From the NCBI GenBank assembly GCA_951406725.2, contig OX597833.1, forward strand, positions 40,920,001 to 40,984,000: 64,000 nucleotides of DNA, written 5' to 3'. The notes under the pieces were generated by a model. That model worked only from the letters and a program-made list of their open reading frames with translations, was not told the DNA's origin and did not search any database. Shown piece after piece: positions 1 to 13,693 of this stretch. The position numbers were made by a program, and so were the translations under genes. Each line of letters begins with the position of its first letter. Positions within the stretch are counted from its first letter, which is position 1. Source of the DNA: Octopus vulgaris (taxonomy: Eukaryota).

Positions 1-305
1 CATGATGTCCTTGAATAAAGTTTAAAGACGATGAACGAAAGACTCATGTATCCAGGGATGAATTATTCAAAACCCAAAGAATTCCTCTCAACACAGCTAT
101 GATGCTCCCCCTCTTCTGCTCGTGATCAGAGACTAAGGGGCATGCTCAACTGGTAAAGGTCAGCTGACAAGCAAATCTGTAGTATTAAGCAGAATATTTG
201 TTGTAGTCCATCTTTTATATCAAGACAAATCATGTACATGATAGCACTTCCAATCAGTTAAGATGAAAAGCCATGGGAGCCACTGCCTGGTACTGCATCA
301 GGGTA
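1..305. mobile_element. Partial copy of non-coding (TAA)n-associated interspersed repeat ('element X')
   Basis: Colinear with ~16080-16399 (gaattattcaaa.cccaaagaat, gctcgtgatcagaga, ctgacaagcaaatctgt, gagccactgcctggtactg); abuts the (TTA)n array at 306. Confidence 0.8.
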
Positions 306-990
<685 letters not shown>

Positions 991-999
991 TTTGTTGGA

Positions 1000-1420
1000 A
1001 CTCCTGGAGTCTTGCATCCGTAGTGGGCTTATTACATGCTGACCACGGTACCATGCTATCCGTTCTTTTCAGCTATCTAATACTTTCCTGATTATTCTGG
1101 CCGTGCCAAGGAGGCAAATGTTTTGTACCAGTTCTACTGGGCACTCTATTCCAATTTCCTTGATATTCCTCTTGATGCCTGATATTGTCTCCAAGGACCT
1201 AACAATAATTGGCACTATTTTCACTTTCACTTTCCATAGCTGGGCTATGTCGTGCTTAAAAGGGTTGTAGTTATCTATTTTTTCGCCTTCCTTCTTGAGC
1301 ACGCAGCATCAACTATACAACACATCTTGTCGACCACAACTAGGTCTGGTCTGTTATGCTCTAGCACCTGATCTGTTTGGACTGGGAAATCCCAAAGGAT
1401 TTTGCTAGTCATTTTGCTAT
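1000..1420 (-). mobile_element. Second, different R4/Dong-clade 3' fragment (RLE domain)
   Basis: KILWDFPVQTDQVLEHNRPDLVVVDK (~1325-1410), then ORF 1069-1302 EKIDNY...IAQLWKVKVKIVPIIV...QNICLLGTARIIRKVLDS*. Confidence 0.85.
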
Positions 1421-1553
1421 ACTTAAATATTCATCTAAATGTCACCACTTTAGATTTCTCTCGTTTTGCATGTGTACATATAGACATATTTTGTATTTAA
1501 TACCCAAACTGTTAGATCTAATATATTTACTTCGTTTATCCGTATAATTGCCT

Positions 1554-1596
<43 letters not shown>

Positions 1597-1897
1597 CGTT
1601 CGCTATTTTACCCTCATTCTGGTCTAACGATCCTCCATGTTTGTTTTCGTTCGGTTTCCTTGTATGCCTCCACTGTCCTGTTTTTGTTCCCAACTTTGAC
1701 ATTCCATAAATCCAAAATTTTATTTTGGTATTTATGGGAGCAACTGTCTTCGAAGACTCATATTGTCGTTAAATGCTCGAAACGAGGAGTAGAAAGACAG
1801 CTGACAACTAATGAAGGATCGTTCTCCATTTGTTTCTCTCGTTGTTTGCGTATTGTTTTCGTACTTCATGTTGTTTACTGTTGGTGACGTCCTGTAC

Positions 1898-1932
<35 letters not shown>

Positions 1933-1955
1933 TATATATATATATATATATGTAA

Positions 1956-2029
<74 letters not shown>

Positions 2030-2781
2030 ATACGTGACGGGATTCTTCCAGTTTCCGTCTACCAAACAACTTCTCTTCATTGTTGTTTTAGAAAAACAAT
2101 CGCAAACTGGTCTTTTTAAAATATTTTTGTAATTTCTTAATATTTCATACACTTGAAATTTATATTCTGTAAAAAAGTAGATTCTCAAAAATTCCCTTGT
2201 CTCAATTCTTTTAATACCCGTTAATTTCGTAGGGGTAAGGTGGGGGTTCCTGTTTTTTTTTATTCATTTTTACAGTTCATGTTCGTCATTCACTTGAAAT
2301 CTGGAGGGAAAAATTGTAGCAAAATTTTGTTTTACCCTCGACATCCTGTTTTAAGACGAGACATTTTTTCTGGCAGTGTTTAAGTAAAAGAACACCATTT
2401 AATCTGCCGTAACTTTTCATTTACTAATCTTTCCGACGGCTTTTCCGCATTTATGATTTACTAACTCAACCATTAATGAATTAAAACAAACAATTGAATA
2501 TTTTTCAAATTTAGTAGTGGAGGTGTTTAAAAAAAATGCAAGCTTAAATAGCTTTGCTTTTGAAAATTCATAAATGCTAAGGTTCGTAAAATATGAAGGC
2601 GAAAACGTTATCGGAATAATTTAAAAAGTTTAACCCACTCAATTATATTTTTCAAATTTTATAACTGAAACAAAAAATGAAATGAAAATTTTGGATACTA
2701 TGACACTCTTAGTTTGTTCTCGTAAAGATCAGCTTACCAAGTCTTCAATATCAAACATATCAAAATACGTTTCTCTCTCTC

Positions 2782-2843
<62 letters not shown>

Positions 2844-2930
2844 CAAGTGAAAAAAACAAAACACTGGTCATTGCTAGGTCATATGAAGAAAAATGATCCT
2901 AGGGAATTTGAACTAGAGACAAATTCTGCT

Positions 2931-2986
<56 letters not shown>

Positions 2987-2988
2987 TA

Positions 2989-3016
2989 CTAGCAGAGCCA
3001 CCCGGCGTTGCTCAGG
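2989..3016 (-). mobile_element. Helitron-like 3' terminus (hairpin plus CTAG)
   Basis: Reverse complement reads CCTGAGCAACGCCGGG-tggctctg-CTAG-t; same motif on + strand at 22950-22977. Element body not delimited. Confidence 0.65.
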
Positions 3017-3229
3017 ATTAAAATTAAATAAACGCTTATATTTTTCTGAAAATGTGTAATTTAAAAATTTAAGCAATATGTTTTTAAATTGCATAATGTA
3101 GTTATTTAGAGTTATAGAGCGATAAAAATGCATGTCTAATAATTTAAGAGCATTTTTGCAAATAAGTATCTTAATTTTCAATATTCGATGTTATACTTTA
3201 AGTAAGACAGATCATTTCTATTTGATTAT

Positions 3230-3800
3230 ATCAATCAAAGAGCTTTTGACCTGAGTAAACGAAGTAGTGTACCATCAGATACAATCAAACATTGTCCATC
3301 TGCGTTAGTTGAAATGGACTGTTTAGTAAATGCTGCGCAACATGCCGACGACATTTTCAAAGAAACTAGCGGATTTTCTGGTTGTCCTCCATCAAGGCAG
3401 CTGCGAAAATCTACTGAAAGGATGGACTGATGAAGAACAGGAAAACGACTTCTGTTGACATAAATGATGCTCAGCAGAAATATTACAAGCAGATTGGTGT
3501 CACTGCCATAAAAAATTGACTGAGTTAGTTTGGGCTTGTGGATGTGTTACCCGTAAAAATCCGACTGCCAAGATTCAGAAATTCAGAAGTATTAGAATTG
3601 GACGTGATTAGGTTGGTGAAAAATCATGCAGACTCCTGAATCGAAATGTTGTGTTCAGCTCTGACAGCCGAGTGTATGTCCGACGTCGTACAGAAGGAAA
3701 ATTTCACCAGAGTGTATGAATTTGATAGTTAAGCATAGTGGTGGTCATGTCATGGATTAGTATTATATATCTGAAAAAAGAAGGCTGCTTCATATATCAG
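3230..3800 (+). pseudogene. Tc1-like transposase relic
   Basis: Frameshifted motifs ESK...FSSDSRVYVRRRTEGKF / PECMNLIVKHSGGHVM (3630-3755) match the Tc1 SDESKF...YVRR...VKHGGG.VM region. Confidence 0.7.
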
Positions 3801-3914
3801 ACTGAGAGCATTAGGAAGAATACACCTCCCAGGATGTCTTGGAGATGAACGCGCTTCCAAATGCAAAGAGTAATTTTGAGCCATTCGTGTATTTTTCAGC
3901 ATGTCACGGACCCC

Positions 3915-3995
<81 letters not shown>

Positions 3996-4298
3996 CATAC
4001 ATACATACATACATACATACATACATACATACATACATACATACATACATACATACATACATACATACGCACTCATGTATACACTTTAAATGTTTTTAAA
4101 GTAATGTTCATATTTATGGCGTTATTGATACTCCGATTAAATTGCATTTAACTAAGTTAAAATATTCGTTTATGAATTTATATAATTTAATAAACAAATG
4201 TCTTTCTAATTATACAAAGTTTTAATCGCTAAAGATTAATTAAATGGAAATAACGTTTATTCATCATTATGCTCTTATCTTTAAATTAAATGAGGAAA

Positions 4299-4358
<60 letters not shown>

Positions 4359-4482
4359 ATATATACACACACACACACTCATTGCGTGTTTTTAAATCGT
4401 ACATCATACATATATACATGTATAAAGACACACATACATGCATACATACATACATACATACATACATACATACATACATACA

Positions 4483-4513
<31 letters not shown>

Positions 4514-4796
4514 GTAAATATATATATATGCATATATGTATGATGTATAATATGATTTAAAAACTTATGCAGAACAAACCATTGGAGCATACTTCATCTC
4601 AACAGATTTGCATCTGTGGGATATACTTCTCATAACAGAAGTCAACTAAGCAGAAAATTCTTCTTAAAATAACGGTATTTATTTACATGAAAAAATATAT
4701 GGCAAAATTTCAACTTCTGCCTCAAATTTCGCATGTCACATCTTGGGTAAATGTCGTTTTCTGTTGCTTCGTATTTACTCATATCTTGTGAAATCG

Positions 4797-4932
4797 GGTA
4801 GACAAGAAAGTGAAATCGTGTTGAGGGTAACTGAAATTTGGTAGACGGGAAGTTAAATTTGGTAGACGGAAATTGAAATTGGGCAAACGGAAAGTGAAAT
4901 TGTGTAGACGGAAAGTGAAAGTATGTAGACGG
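4797..4932 (+). repeat. ~21-bp minisatellite, ~6.5 units (GTAGACGGAAAGTGAAATTTG-like)
   Basis: Units read directly; give the 7-aa PSTxFxF repeats in ORF 4642-5022. Confidence 0.85.
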
Positions 4933-5290
4933 TGGTGGTGGTGGTGGTTGTAGTAGTAGTAGTAGTAGTGGCGTAGGTGGTGGCGATGGTGGTGGAATTG
5001 GTGGCATTGGTGGTGGTGGCATTAGTAATGATAATATTTATAATGGTACGCGGTTGTGGTTTCTGTGATGGTGATGGTGATAGTGGGGGTGGTGGTGGTG
5101 GTGGTGGCGGTGGCGGCGGCGGTGGTGGTGGTGGTGGTGGTGGCGGTGGCGGCGGCGGTGGCGGTGGTGGTGGTGGCGGCGGGGGTGGTGGTGGTGGTGG
5201 TGGCGGCGGCGGTGGCGGCGGCGGCGGTGGTGGTGGTGGTAGTGGTGGTGGTGGTGGTGATGGTGGTGAGGATGATGTTTGGCGGGGGTG
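4931..5290. repeat. (GGT/GGC)n low-complexity tract
   Basis: Direct reading. Confidence 0.95.
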
Positions 5291-5739
5291 ATGGCACTGA
5301 TGATAGTGATAATGGTTCTAGTCGTAGAAGTAGCAGCATATGTAACAGTTGCAGTGGTGGCAACGATCGCTAGTGTTGGCTACGTCAAAGAAACTTGAAC
5401 GTCGGCTGGTTTGCATTTGACGGTTCAATTTGTAAGGTCAACCATTGCATCATGGCGCCATATCACCTCTCGGTGCATACCGTCTCTCCTCGTTTCTGTT
5501 CCCAGATAATCAATCATACACTAGTTGAAGATAAATAAAATGGTACTTGTAAGATTTTTCTTTTAATTTTAGCCTTTTTGGTAAACAAGATCTCATCAGA
5601 TTGTAAATTATATCTAAATGTGTGTGTTTGTGCGCATGTTTTTGTGTACGTGCATTTAATAAAATATTTTTAATGCATGTATGTCTGTGTGTGTGTGCGT
5701 GTGTGCGTGTGTGTACGTATGCAGGCTTGTATGTATATG

Positions 5740-5833
5740 TATAAACATATGCATGAGTATATGTATGCATGCATGCATATATGTATGCGTACATGTGTAT
5801 ATATGTATATATATACATATATATATGTATATA

Positions 5834-5903
<70 letters not shown>

Positions 5904-6062
5904 CATATATATACATATATATATATACATATATATATACATATATATATACATATATATATACATATATATATATATACATATATATATACATATATGT
6001 ATATATATACATATATATATGCATATATATATACATATATACATATATATATACATATATAC

Positions 6063-6099
<37 letters not shown>

Positions 6100-6148
6100 C
6101 GTGCATATATATGTGTGTGTCTATGTGTGTGAGTGTTTGAATCATAGG

Positions 6149-6204
<56 letters not shown>

Positions 6205-6210
6205 CAGACA
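5740..6210. repeat. Compound (TA)n/(TACA)n/(GATA)n microsatellite
   Basis: Direct reading. Confidence 0.95.
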
Positions 6211-7026
6211 GACATTGTGAAAGAGGAGAGACAGAAGAGGGAAAGTGGCATGTGTGAGAGAGATAGACAGAGAAATACAGACGGGCAGACAGACAGACAG
6301 ACAGATAGATAAATAGGCAGAGAGGAAGATGAACAAACAATATACGAAGTTTCGGTAGACATTCATATGTAAATACACCATCAAACAAACAAACAAGCAG
6401 ACATGTATATCACTACAGAGATTGAGTTAGAGATTCACATTGATACATGCTTATACGTCTGTGTTTGTATTTATTTATACATGCATTCATAGAATATATT
6501 CGTGTGCCTATGTGTACTCTATACAAATTTGTGTCTGTTTGTGTATGTGTCTCTGTGTATGTGTGATTGTGTACGTGTGCCTGAACGTGTGTATGTGTGT
6601 TTGTTTGTTAAATTGAATGAGCGATTGTATTTCAAATCTCAACAAACATCAATAAGTTTCATAAGGAGATTTAAGAAAATATAAATAAACTACATTAACG
6701 GTGATATTGTTACTATCTAGAATACCATTTGGAAATGAAAATATAAAACTTAACCCACACTAACCTTCCTACATTACCAACTCATTTAACCATCTGCTTA
6801 CCTACCTATAAATGGACTCAAACCTTCCTATCAGTGTACAGTTAACCTCACTACTAACTATACATTTTTCAACATTATCTTTTAACGTACTAGTTTTGTT
6901 TGAAATCTACTTTTAAATACGTAAATTGTAATCTAAATACGTAAATTCTAAGTACTTGTGGCGCCATATGTTGCTTTAAAAAGCATGTAACTTGATTAAA
7001 GATGTGAAGGAAAATTGTAATATATT

Positions 7027-7424
7027 CTTTTCTACTCTAGGCACAAGGCCCGAAATTTGGGGGAGCGGGGCCAGTCGATTAGATCGACCCCAGTACGCAA
7101 ATGGTGCTTAATTTATCGACCCCGAAAAGATGAAAGGCAAAGTCGACCTCAGCAGAATTTGAACTCACAACGTAAAGACCGACGAAATACCTATTTCTTT
7201 ACTACCCACAAGGGGCTAAATACAGAGAGGACAAACAAGGACAGGCAAACGGATTAAGTCGATTACATCGACCCCAGTGCGTAACTGGTACTTATTTAAT
7301 CAACCCCGAAAGGATGAAAGGCAAAGTCGACCTCGGTGGAATTTGAACTCAGAACGTAGCGGCATACGAAATACCGCTAAGCATTTTGCCCGGCGTGCTA
7401 ATGCTTCTGCCATCTCGCCGCCTT
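7027..7424 (-). mobile_element. SINE family A, dimeric, with 17-bp TSD
   Basis: tRNA-like head AAGGCGGCGAG..., B-box GAGTTCAAATTCC, core GCCTTTCATCCTTTCGGGGT.GAT twice; TSD gaaaatt(g/c)taatatatt at 7010-7026 and 7425-7441. Confidence 0.9.
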
Positions 7425-7729
7425 GAAAATTCTAATATATTGTTTGTTCAATGGATTTTTAATGGGAAGTAAATTCTCCATAACAAACATTCAATGAATG
7501 AGAGGAAGTTCGATATTGATATCCATACGTTAGAGGAGCTTATTTTATTGATCTCAAAGACCAATAGAAGAAAAAAAAACATCAAAGCGAACACCATCAG
7601 CATTTGAACACACATATACAAATTAGTGTGTCTACTTTCGTTTCTTTATTTCTTTTCTTGCAAAATAATCCAAATTCCAGAAACATATTATCCATCTAGA
7701 TATATCTTGAAAATATAGATGTATGCTGC

Positions 7730-7990
7730 ATACAGCGAAAGTATGCTCTTTCTACACGTGGTGGTGGAATTGCTCCAGCTGTACATGGTCTAATCTCTCT
7801 ACCCTACAAATCTTTACATTTATGCACCAGCAGGTCACAATGCATCTATTTACCTTTTCAAAGACGCTGCATGGTATATCCACCATGACTCTTGTCCATT
7901 CTATTCTTACAAATTTGACCGTTATCAACAGTAGGAAAGTAATTTCGTAGTGACTGTTCCAACAACTATGTTCCTCCCTCCGCTCTCCTG
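7730..7990 (+). pseudogene. Possible LINE APE-endonuclease relic
   Basis: RGGGIAPAVH and a frameshifted VTV.NNYVPP resemble the APE motifs RGGGVA / N.Y.PP; weak. Confidence 0.35.
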
Positions 7991-8037
7991 CAGGAAATTC
8001 CGACGCCATGGTTTAAATTAAAAAACAAATAACTTAG

Positions 8038-8141
<104 letters not shown>

Positions 8142-8302
8142 GACTCATAGGGCCGAAATCAAAGTGAAACCCATCATTTCCCTTGGATACTGGTCGTTTT
8201 AGCTCCCCAGTAGTTCAAACATTTCAACATGCAGATATCTCAAAACAGTCAAACAACAAAACTTAAGAGCAGTTTGGAGGGCGTCTTACCAATACATAAA
8301 CA

Positions 8303-8364
<62 letters not shown>

Positions 8365-8384
8365 TGATGATGATGATGATGCCT

Positions 8385-9345
8385 TAAATTTTGGGGGAAG
8401 GGGCCTAGTCATTTCATTGACCCCAATATTTGACTGGTACTTATTTTATCAACTCCGAAAGGACGAAAGACAAAGTCCGTCGCGGCGGAATTTTAACTCA
8501 GAACGTAAAGACGGACGAAATGCATGTAAGCATTTTGTCCGGCGTGCAAACGACCCTTTATTAGCAACCAGAGCTCACACAGAAACGAGCACATTGTATG
8601 AAAAAGGTTATAGAAAAAAGAGGGTGTTTTACAGTTGTAAAGAAAAACAAGTATGGTAACAATAACATTTTAACAATGAGTCTACACCAGTAGGATGGAG
8701 ATCTCCGATAGCTACAATCCATGGAAATCCCACAAAAATACGATCACTTTGATCACTATGGCAAGCCTCCTCCCTAAGCTGTCCTCTGATTCTAAAACGC
8801 ATGCTTTCATCCATCACTCTCATCCATCTTATAACATTTGTTTCAGAGTTTTGTTTGAAATCTACTTTTAAATACGTAAATTGTAATCTAAATACGTAAA
8901 TTCTAAGTAGTTGTGGCGCCATACGTAGCTTTAAAAAGCATGTAACTTTATTAAAGATGTGAAGGAAAATTGTAATATATTCTTTTCTACACTAGGCACA
9001 AGGCCCGAAATTTTGGGGGAGCGGGGCCTAGCTCTGAAAGAAGAGAGGGACTTCGTAGACCCCAGTGGTTGTTGGGTACTTTATTGTATCGACCCTGAAA
9101 TATTAAAAGGCAAAGTTGAACTCGAAACAATTTAAACTCAGAAAGTAAATAGTCGATACAAATATTGATTTCAAATTTTGGCAAAAGGCCAGCAATTTCG
9201 GGGAGGAGATAAATCGATTACATCTATACCAGAATTCAACTGGTACATATTTTATCGATGTGAACTCAGACCGTAAAGGAGGACGAAATACTGCTAAGCA
9301 TTTTGCTCGGCGTGTTAATGATTCTGCCTGCTCGCCGCCTTAGTA
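8385..9345 (-). mobile_element. Cluster of diverged SINE A fragments (8385-8548, ~8980-9160, ~9165-9342)
   Basis: gaactcagaacgtaaag, ggcacaaggcc and ctcgccgcctt motifs. Confidence 0.75.
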
Positions 9346-9629
9346 GGTACAAATACTGCAAAGTATTTTCTCTGACGCTCAAACGATTCTGCCAGCTTGA
9401 GAACAGACAGAATGCCTTGGAGACAAGCATGTAGAGAGAACATTGCTTCACTCCTTGGAAAAGTGTCCATTTACCATCGTTAAAAACAACACTGCAGGAA
9501 ATTGAGAAAAAAGACAAAACGCTGAAAGATACTATGTAAATAATACATTATCTTATTAGTGATATATATGTTGCTATATTTTTACTTATATAAAAAAAAG
9601 TTTGTAGTTCAAATTTTCCAAAAAAACAA

Positions 9630-9960
9630 AAGAGTACTCAGCATCCAAGAATGTCTGTAACAAGAGACCCTCGCTAAATCGCAAAGAATCCAGTGCTGCG
9701 AAATTCGAAAACGTCTCTTTGAACAAAAGAAACAGTTTGCATCCAACCTAAAACAATTTTGCGAAGACTAAATAATTCTAAAATAGAAATCAATGCAACA
9801 GCAAGGCAACAGAAGTAGAAGAATTTCGTGAAGAAATTTCAAAACATGACAAGAATGTTCAAAATAACATACGCAGCGTGTAAATAATTGTGAGAGAGCA
9901 TATCAACTGAAGAAGAAGCTAAATGCTTTGAGAAAAGAACTGAAAGGTACTGGAAAATGA
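9630..9960 (+). pseudogene. R4/Dong-like ORF relic (region upstream of RT)
   Basis: IQECL*QETLAKSQRIQCCEIRKRLFEQKKQFASNLKQF...EVEEF...ISTEE resembles the pre-RT region of R4-clade ORFs. Confidence 0.5.
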
Positions 9961-10347
9961 ATTTGAAACAGAGGAGGGGAGCTTTCGTTTCTAATGACGA
10001 ATAGGAGTTTCACTTCCCAACCTTTTCTTGCATCTTATTATTATCTTCCCCACTTCGTTACACGATGCTATTTGGAAATTTGATAACATTAAAAAATTAA
10101 TTTGTTATCAAATATATTTTCTAAATAGGTTAAACACTTCAGAGAGGTCAAGAAGCAAAATGACCGCGCCTCTTTCCTTGCGGTTAGTTCGGAAACAATT
10201 ACACAACAAAATTGCTTTTCAAATCCCTAAGTTGGCAAATTAACAATAATTCTTTTCAAACTTGCAGAATGGAGGAAAACCCTGGCGAGCAGAAAAACAA
10301 CAGCAGGAACAGCAGGAATAACAAAGACGACGACAACGATGGGGATC

Positions 10348-10915
10348 ATATTTTCTTTTATTTGCCACAAGAGAACAAGATATTCAGGACAATACAAAGG
10401 ACGAAATACAACAAAAGAAAATCAATAAAAATGAAAGATGTAATGATATAACAAAAGATATATAAATAAAATCTCAACAAAATTCCAGTAACACAAATTT
10501 CTCCAGGAGCGGAGCAGTCTACCTTGGGTAATTCAGAGGAAATCCTACACATAACCAATGCATCAAAAGTGTCTGGCCCAGGTTTCCTCCCACTTAGAAA
10601 AGTATACTCAAGGTAGGACTAGTCAACCACATCAGCCTTACCAATCTCATTCACCTTCGATAAAGACACCAGAAGGCAGCACCTCCCTCTCTATCTTCAA
10701 CTTCTTCAAGTGATACTTGAAGAATAATTTAATTAGTTGAGAAAATCAGTTAAGATGAGTCCACTGCACAGCTTCTCTCGCCACAGCCACCGAGAAGAGA
10801 AAGACTTACTTTCCTTCGTTGCCAAAGGGAGGTGAAACGTCGATCTTCTCTATAGATTCGACAATGATCCTGATTCATCCTACACTCGATAGCAACAGTT
10901 CGGCACAGGCCTTCA
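10348..10915 (-). mobile_element. Diverged L1/Tx1-like LINE 3' fragment
   Basis: 10790-10912 is colinear with 35175-35307; terminus ttttcttttatttgccacaag resembles that at 34581. Confidence 0.65.
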
Positions 10916-11120
10916 AGTCGCTAACGCATGGACTCTGAGAGATGGGATACAGAACGGTTTCGTCGTCCAGTAAGAATGCTGCACAGGTTCGGCTATTGAT
11001 GTTTCCATGCTTGTAGAGCTAGTTTCAAACTGGTAATGCCCCCTTGTAGCACTGCAATGTCTACGACTTTTAGAAATTATACATAATCCCCGACCTGAGT
11101 GGCTTCCAACAGAGACACCG

Positions 11121-11489
11121 GTGGAGGCGCAATGGCCCAATGGTTAGGGCAGCGGACTCGCGGTCGGAGGATCGCGGTTTCGATTCCCAGGCCGGGCGTT
11201 GTGTGTGTTTATTGAGCGAAAACACCTAAAGCTCCACGAGGCTCCAGCAGGGGGGGGGGGCGATCCCTGTTGTACTCTTTCGTTCTAAATTTCTCTCACT
11301 CTTTCTTCCTGTTTCTTGTCCCCGACTTCCTACGCAACCGCTGAGCCTGGATGCGGATTCATCCATCCGTCGATGCTCTCGGTGTCGGGGGTTGACCTGC
11401 TTTTTCTTCTGCGGGTCTTACGAATAGCAAAGGACCACGTTTCGGACTTCTCCCACTAGGACGAAGACCGCTTCGCTCAACAGCAACAG
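11121..11489 (+). mobile_element. SINE family C (tRNA-Arg-like head), tail T1, 14-bp TSD
   Basis: A-box TGGCCCAATGG, B-box GGTTTCGATTCC; ends in (CAACAG)n; TSD caacagagac(a/g)ccg at 11107-11120 and 11490-11503. Confidence 0.9.
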
Positions 11490-11782
11490 CAACAGAGACG
11501 CCGAGCATTTTCATTGAGCCTTCAGTCAATCTGCAGAAATAGCTCTCTAATTTGACCACTGAATAGATGCCGCTGTACATTGAAGCGATCCAGCATCTGA
11601 AACACATACACACACGCATAAACAAAAAACATACTCACATCTCACATACACAAACATACACGCACGCACAAACGCGTGCACACTCATATTTGCACGCGCG
11701 TATATATATATATATATATATATACATACATACATACATACATACATACATACATACATACATACATACACACACGATTATG

Positions 11783-12630
11783 AGATGCAGCGTAGCTGTG
11801 TGGTAAGAAGCTCGCTTCCCAACTGGTGAGGCGGCGAGTTGGCAGAAACGTTAGCACGCCGGGCGAAATGCGTAGCCGTATTTCGTCTGCCGTTACGCTC
11901 TGAGTTCAAATTTCGCCGAGGTCGACTTTGCCTTTCATCCTTCCGGGTTCGATAAATTAAGTACCAGTTACGCACTGGGGTCGATATAATCGACTTAATC
12001 CGTTTGTCTGTCCTTGTTTGTCCTCTCTGTGTTTAGGTTTAGCCCCTTGTGGGTAGAAAAGAAATAGGTATTTCGTCTGCCGCTACGTTCTGAGTTCAAA
12101 TTCCGCAGAGCTTGACTTTTCCTTTCATCCTTTCGGGCTCAATAAATTAAGTACCAGTTGCACACTGGAGTCGATGTAATCGACTTAATCTCTTTGTCTG
12201 TCTTTGTTTGTCCCCTCTATGTTAGCCCCTTGTGGGCAATAAAGAAATAAGAAGCTTGCTTCCCAACCACATGGTTCTAGGTTCAGTTCCACTGCGTGGC
12301 ACTTTGTGCAAGTGTCTTATACTATAGCCTTGGGCCGACCAAAGCTTCGTGAGTCGATTTGGTAGACAGAAACTGAAAGAAGCCCGTAGTGTATATGTAT
12401 GTATGTGTGTGTGTGTATTTTGTGTATCTGTCTTTGTCACGCCGCCATCGCTTGACAACTGATGTTGGTGTGTTTACGTCCCCTTAACTTAACGGTTCGA
12501 CAAAAGACGGATAGAATATATACTCGGCTTACAAAGAATAAGTCTTGGGGTCGATTTGTTCGACTAAAGGCGGAGCTCCAGCATGACCGCATTCAAATGA
12601 CTGAAGCAAGTAAATGAATAAATGAGTAAA
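11783..12630 (+). mobile_element. SINE family B interrupted by a dimeric SINE A (11824-12247)
   Basis: B head gctgtgtggtaagaagc is split; 20-bp TSD taagaagct(c/t)gcttcccaac at 11804-11823 and 12248-12267; B resumes with ccacatggttc...gtagac...gactgaagcaagtaaa. Confidence 0.9.
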
Positions 12631-12639
12631 CGAATGGAT

Positions 12640-12802
12640 AGGCTTTACACAATTTCCGTCTATCAAATTCACCCACAAAGCAATGGTTGGCCCGGGGCTA
12701 TACTAGATGATACTTGCCCCACGTACCGCGCAGTGGGACTGAACCTGAACACACGTAGTTACAAAGCGAGCTTTTTAACCACACAGCCATGCTTGTGCCT
12801 AT
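12640..12802 (-). mobile_element. SINE B 5' portion
   Basis: tttccgtctatcaaattcac...acttgccc...gggactgaacc...accacacagccat. Confidence 0.8.
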
Positions 12803-12968
12803 AGAAAATATATTACAATACATCACGGCGATTTCAAATCAATATTATATTTTGAGCCGTTTAATAAATAAATTTACAACAATATGAAGGACTCATAAAA
12901 CTACACAAAAAAATAAACAACACAAAAAGAAAAAAATGAAAAACAAAAGCAGTAGTGATACAAACGGT

Positions 12969-13693
12969 AGTACTCTGTCGGTTACGACGACGAGGGTTCC
13001 AGTTGATCCAGTCAACGGAACACCTGCCCTGCTCGTGGAATTAACGTACAAGTGGTTGAGCACTCCACAGACAGGTGCACCGTTAAAGTGGTTCTTAGGG
13101 AGATTCAGTGTGACACAGAATGTGACAAAGCTGGCTCTTTTGAAATACAGGCACTACTTATTGTTGAGTGGAGGCGCAATGGCCCAGTGGTCAGGGCAGC
13201 GGACTCGCGGTCATAGAATCGCGGTTTCGATTCCCAGACCGGGCGTTGTGAGTGTTTATTGAGCGAAAACACCTAAAGCTCCACGAGGCTCCGGCAGGGG
13301 ATGGTGGTGATCCCTGCTGTACTCTTTCACCACAACTTTCTCTCACTCTTACTTCCTGTTTCTGTTGTACCTGTATTTCAAAGGGCCGGCCTTGTCACTC
13401 TCTGTGTTACGCTGAATATCCCCGAGAACTACGTTAAGGGTACACGTGTCTGTGGAGTGCTCAGCCACTTACGCGTTAATTTCACGAGCAGGCTGTTCCG
13501 TTGATTCGGATCAACCGGAACCCTCGTCGTCGTAACCGACGGAGTGCTTCCCACTTATTGTTGCCAGTTGAGTGGACTGGAGCAACGTGAAATAAAGTGT
13601 CTCGCTCAAAGACAAAACGCATCGCCGAGAATTGAACTCACGACCTTACGATCGTGAGCTAAATACTCTAATCCCTAAAGCACGTGCCTTCAC
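12969..13693 (-). mobile_element. SINE family D (CORE-like), tail T2, interrupted by a SINE C
   Basis: Head/core at 13564-13693 (gagtggactggagcaacgtgaaat); tail at 12969-13155; insertion TSD ACTTATTGTTG at 13156-13166 and 13553-13563. Confidence 0.85.
13168..13552 (+). mobile_element. SINE family C, tail T2
   Basis: Same ~190-bp head as 11121; tail ends ggaaccctcgtcgtcgtaaccgacggagtgc. Confidence 0.9.

Noticed and set aside
4977-5291. Glycine-rich ORF with hydrophobic N-terminus resembling a secreted structural protein
   Set aside because: Lies wholly in a (GGT/GGC)n tract open in several frames; no independent gene evidence.
11121-11195. tRNA-like sequence (also at 13168, 25039, ~37000)
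   Set aside because: A and B boxes are present, but acceptor and anticodon stems are broken and each continues into a SINE body.
11778-11975. Recurrent peptide MRNWYLIYRPRKDERQSRPRRNLNSER as a multicopy gene family
   Set aside because: Antisense translation of SINE A.
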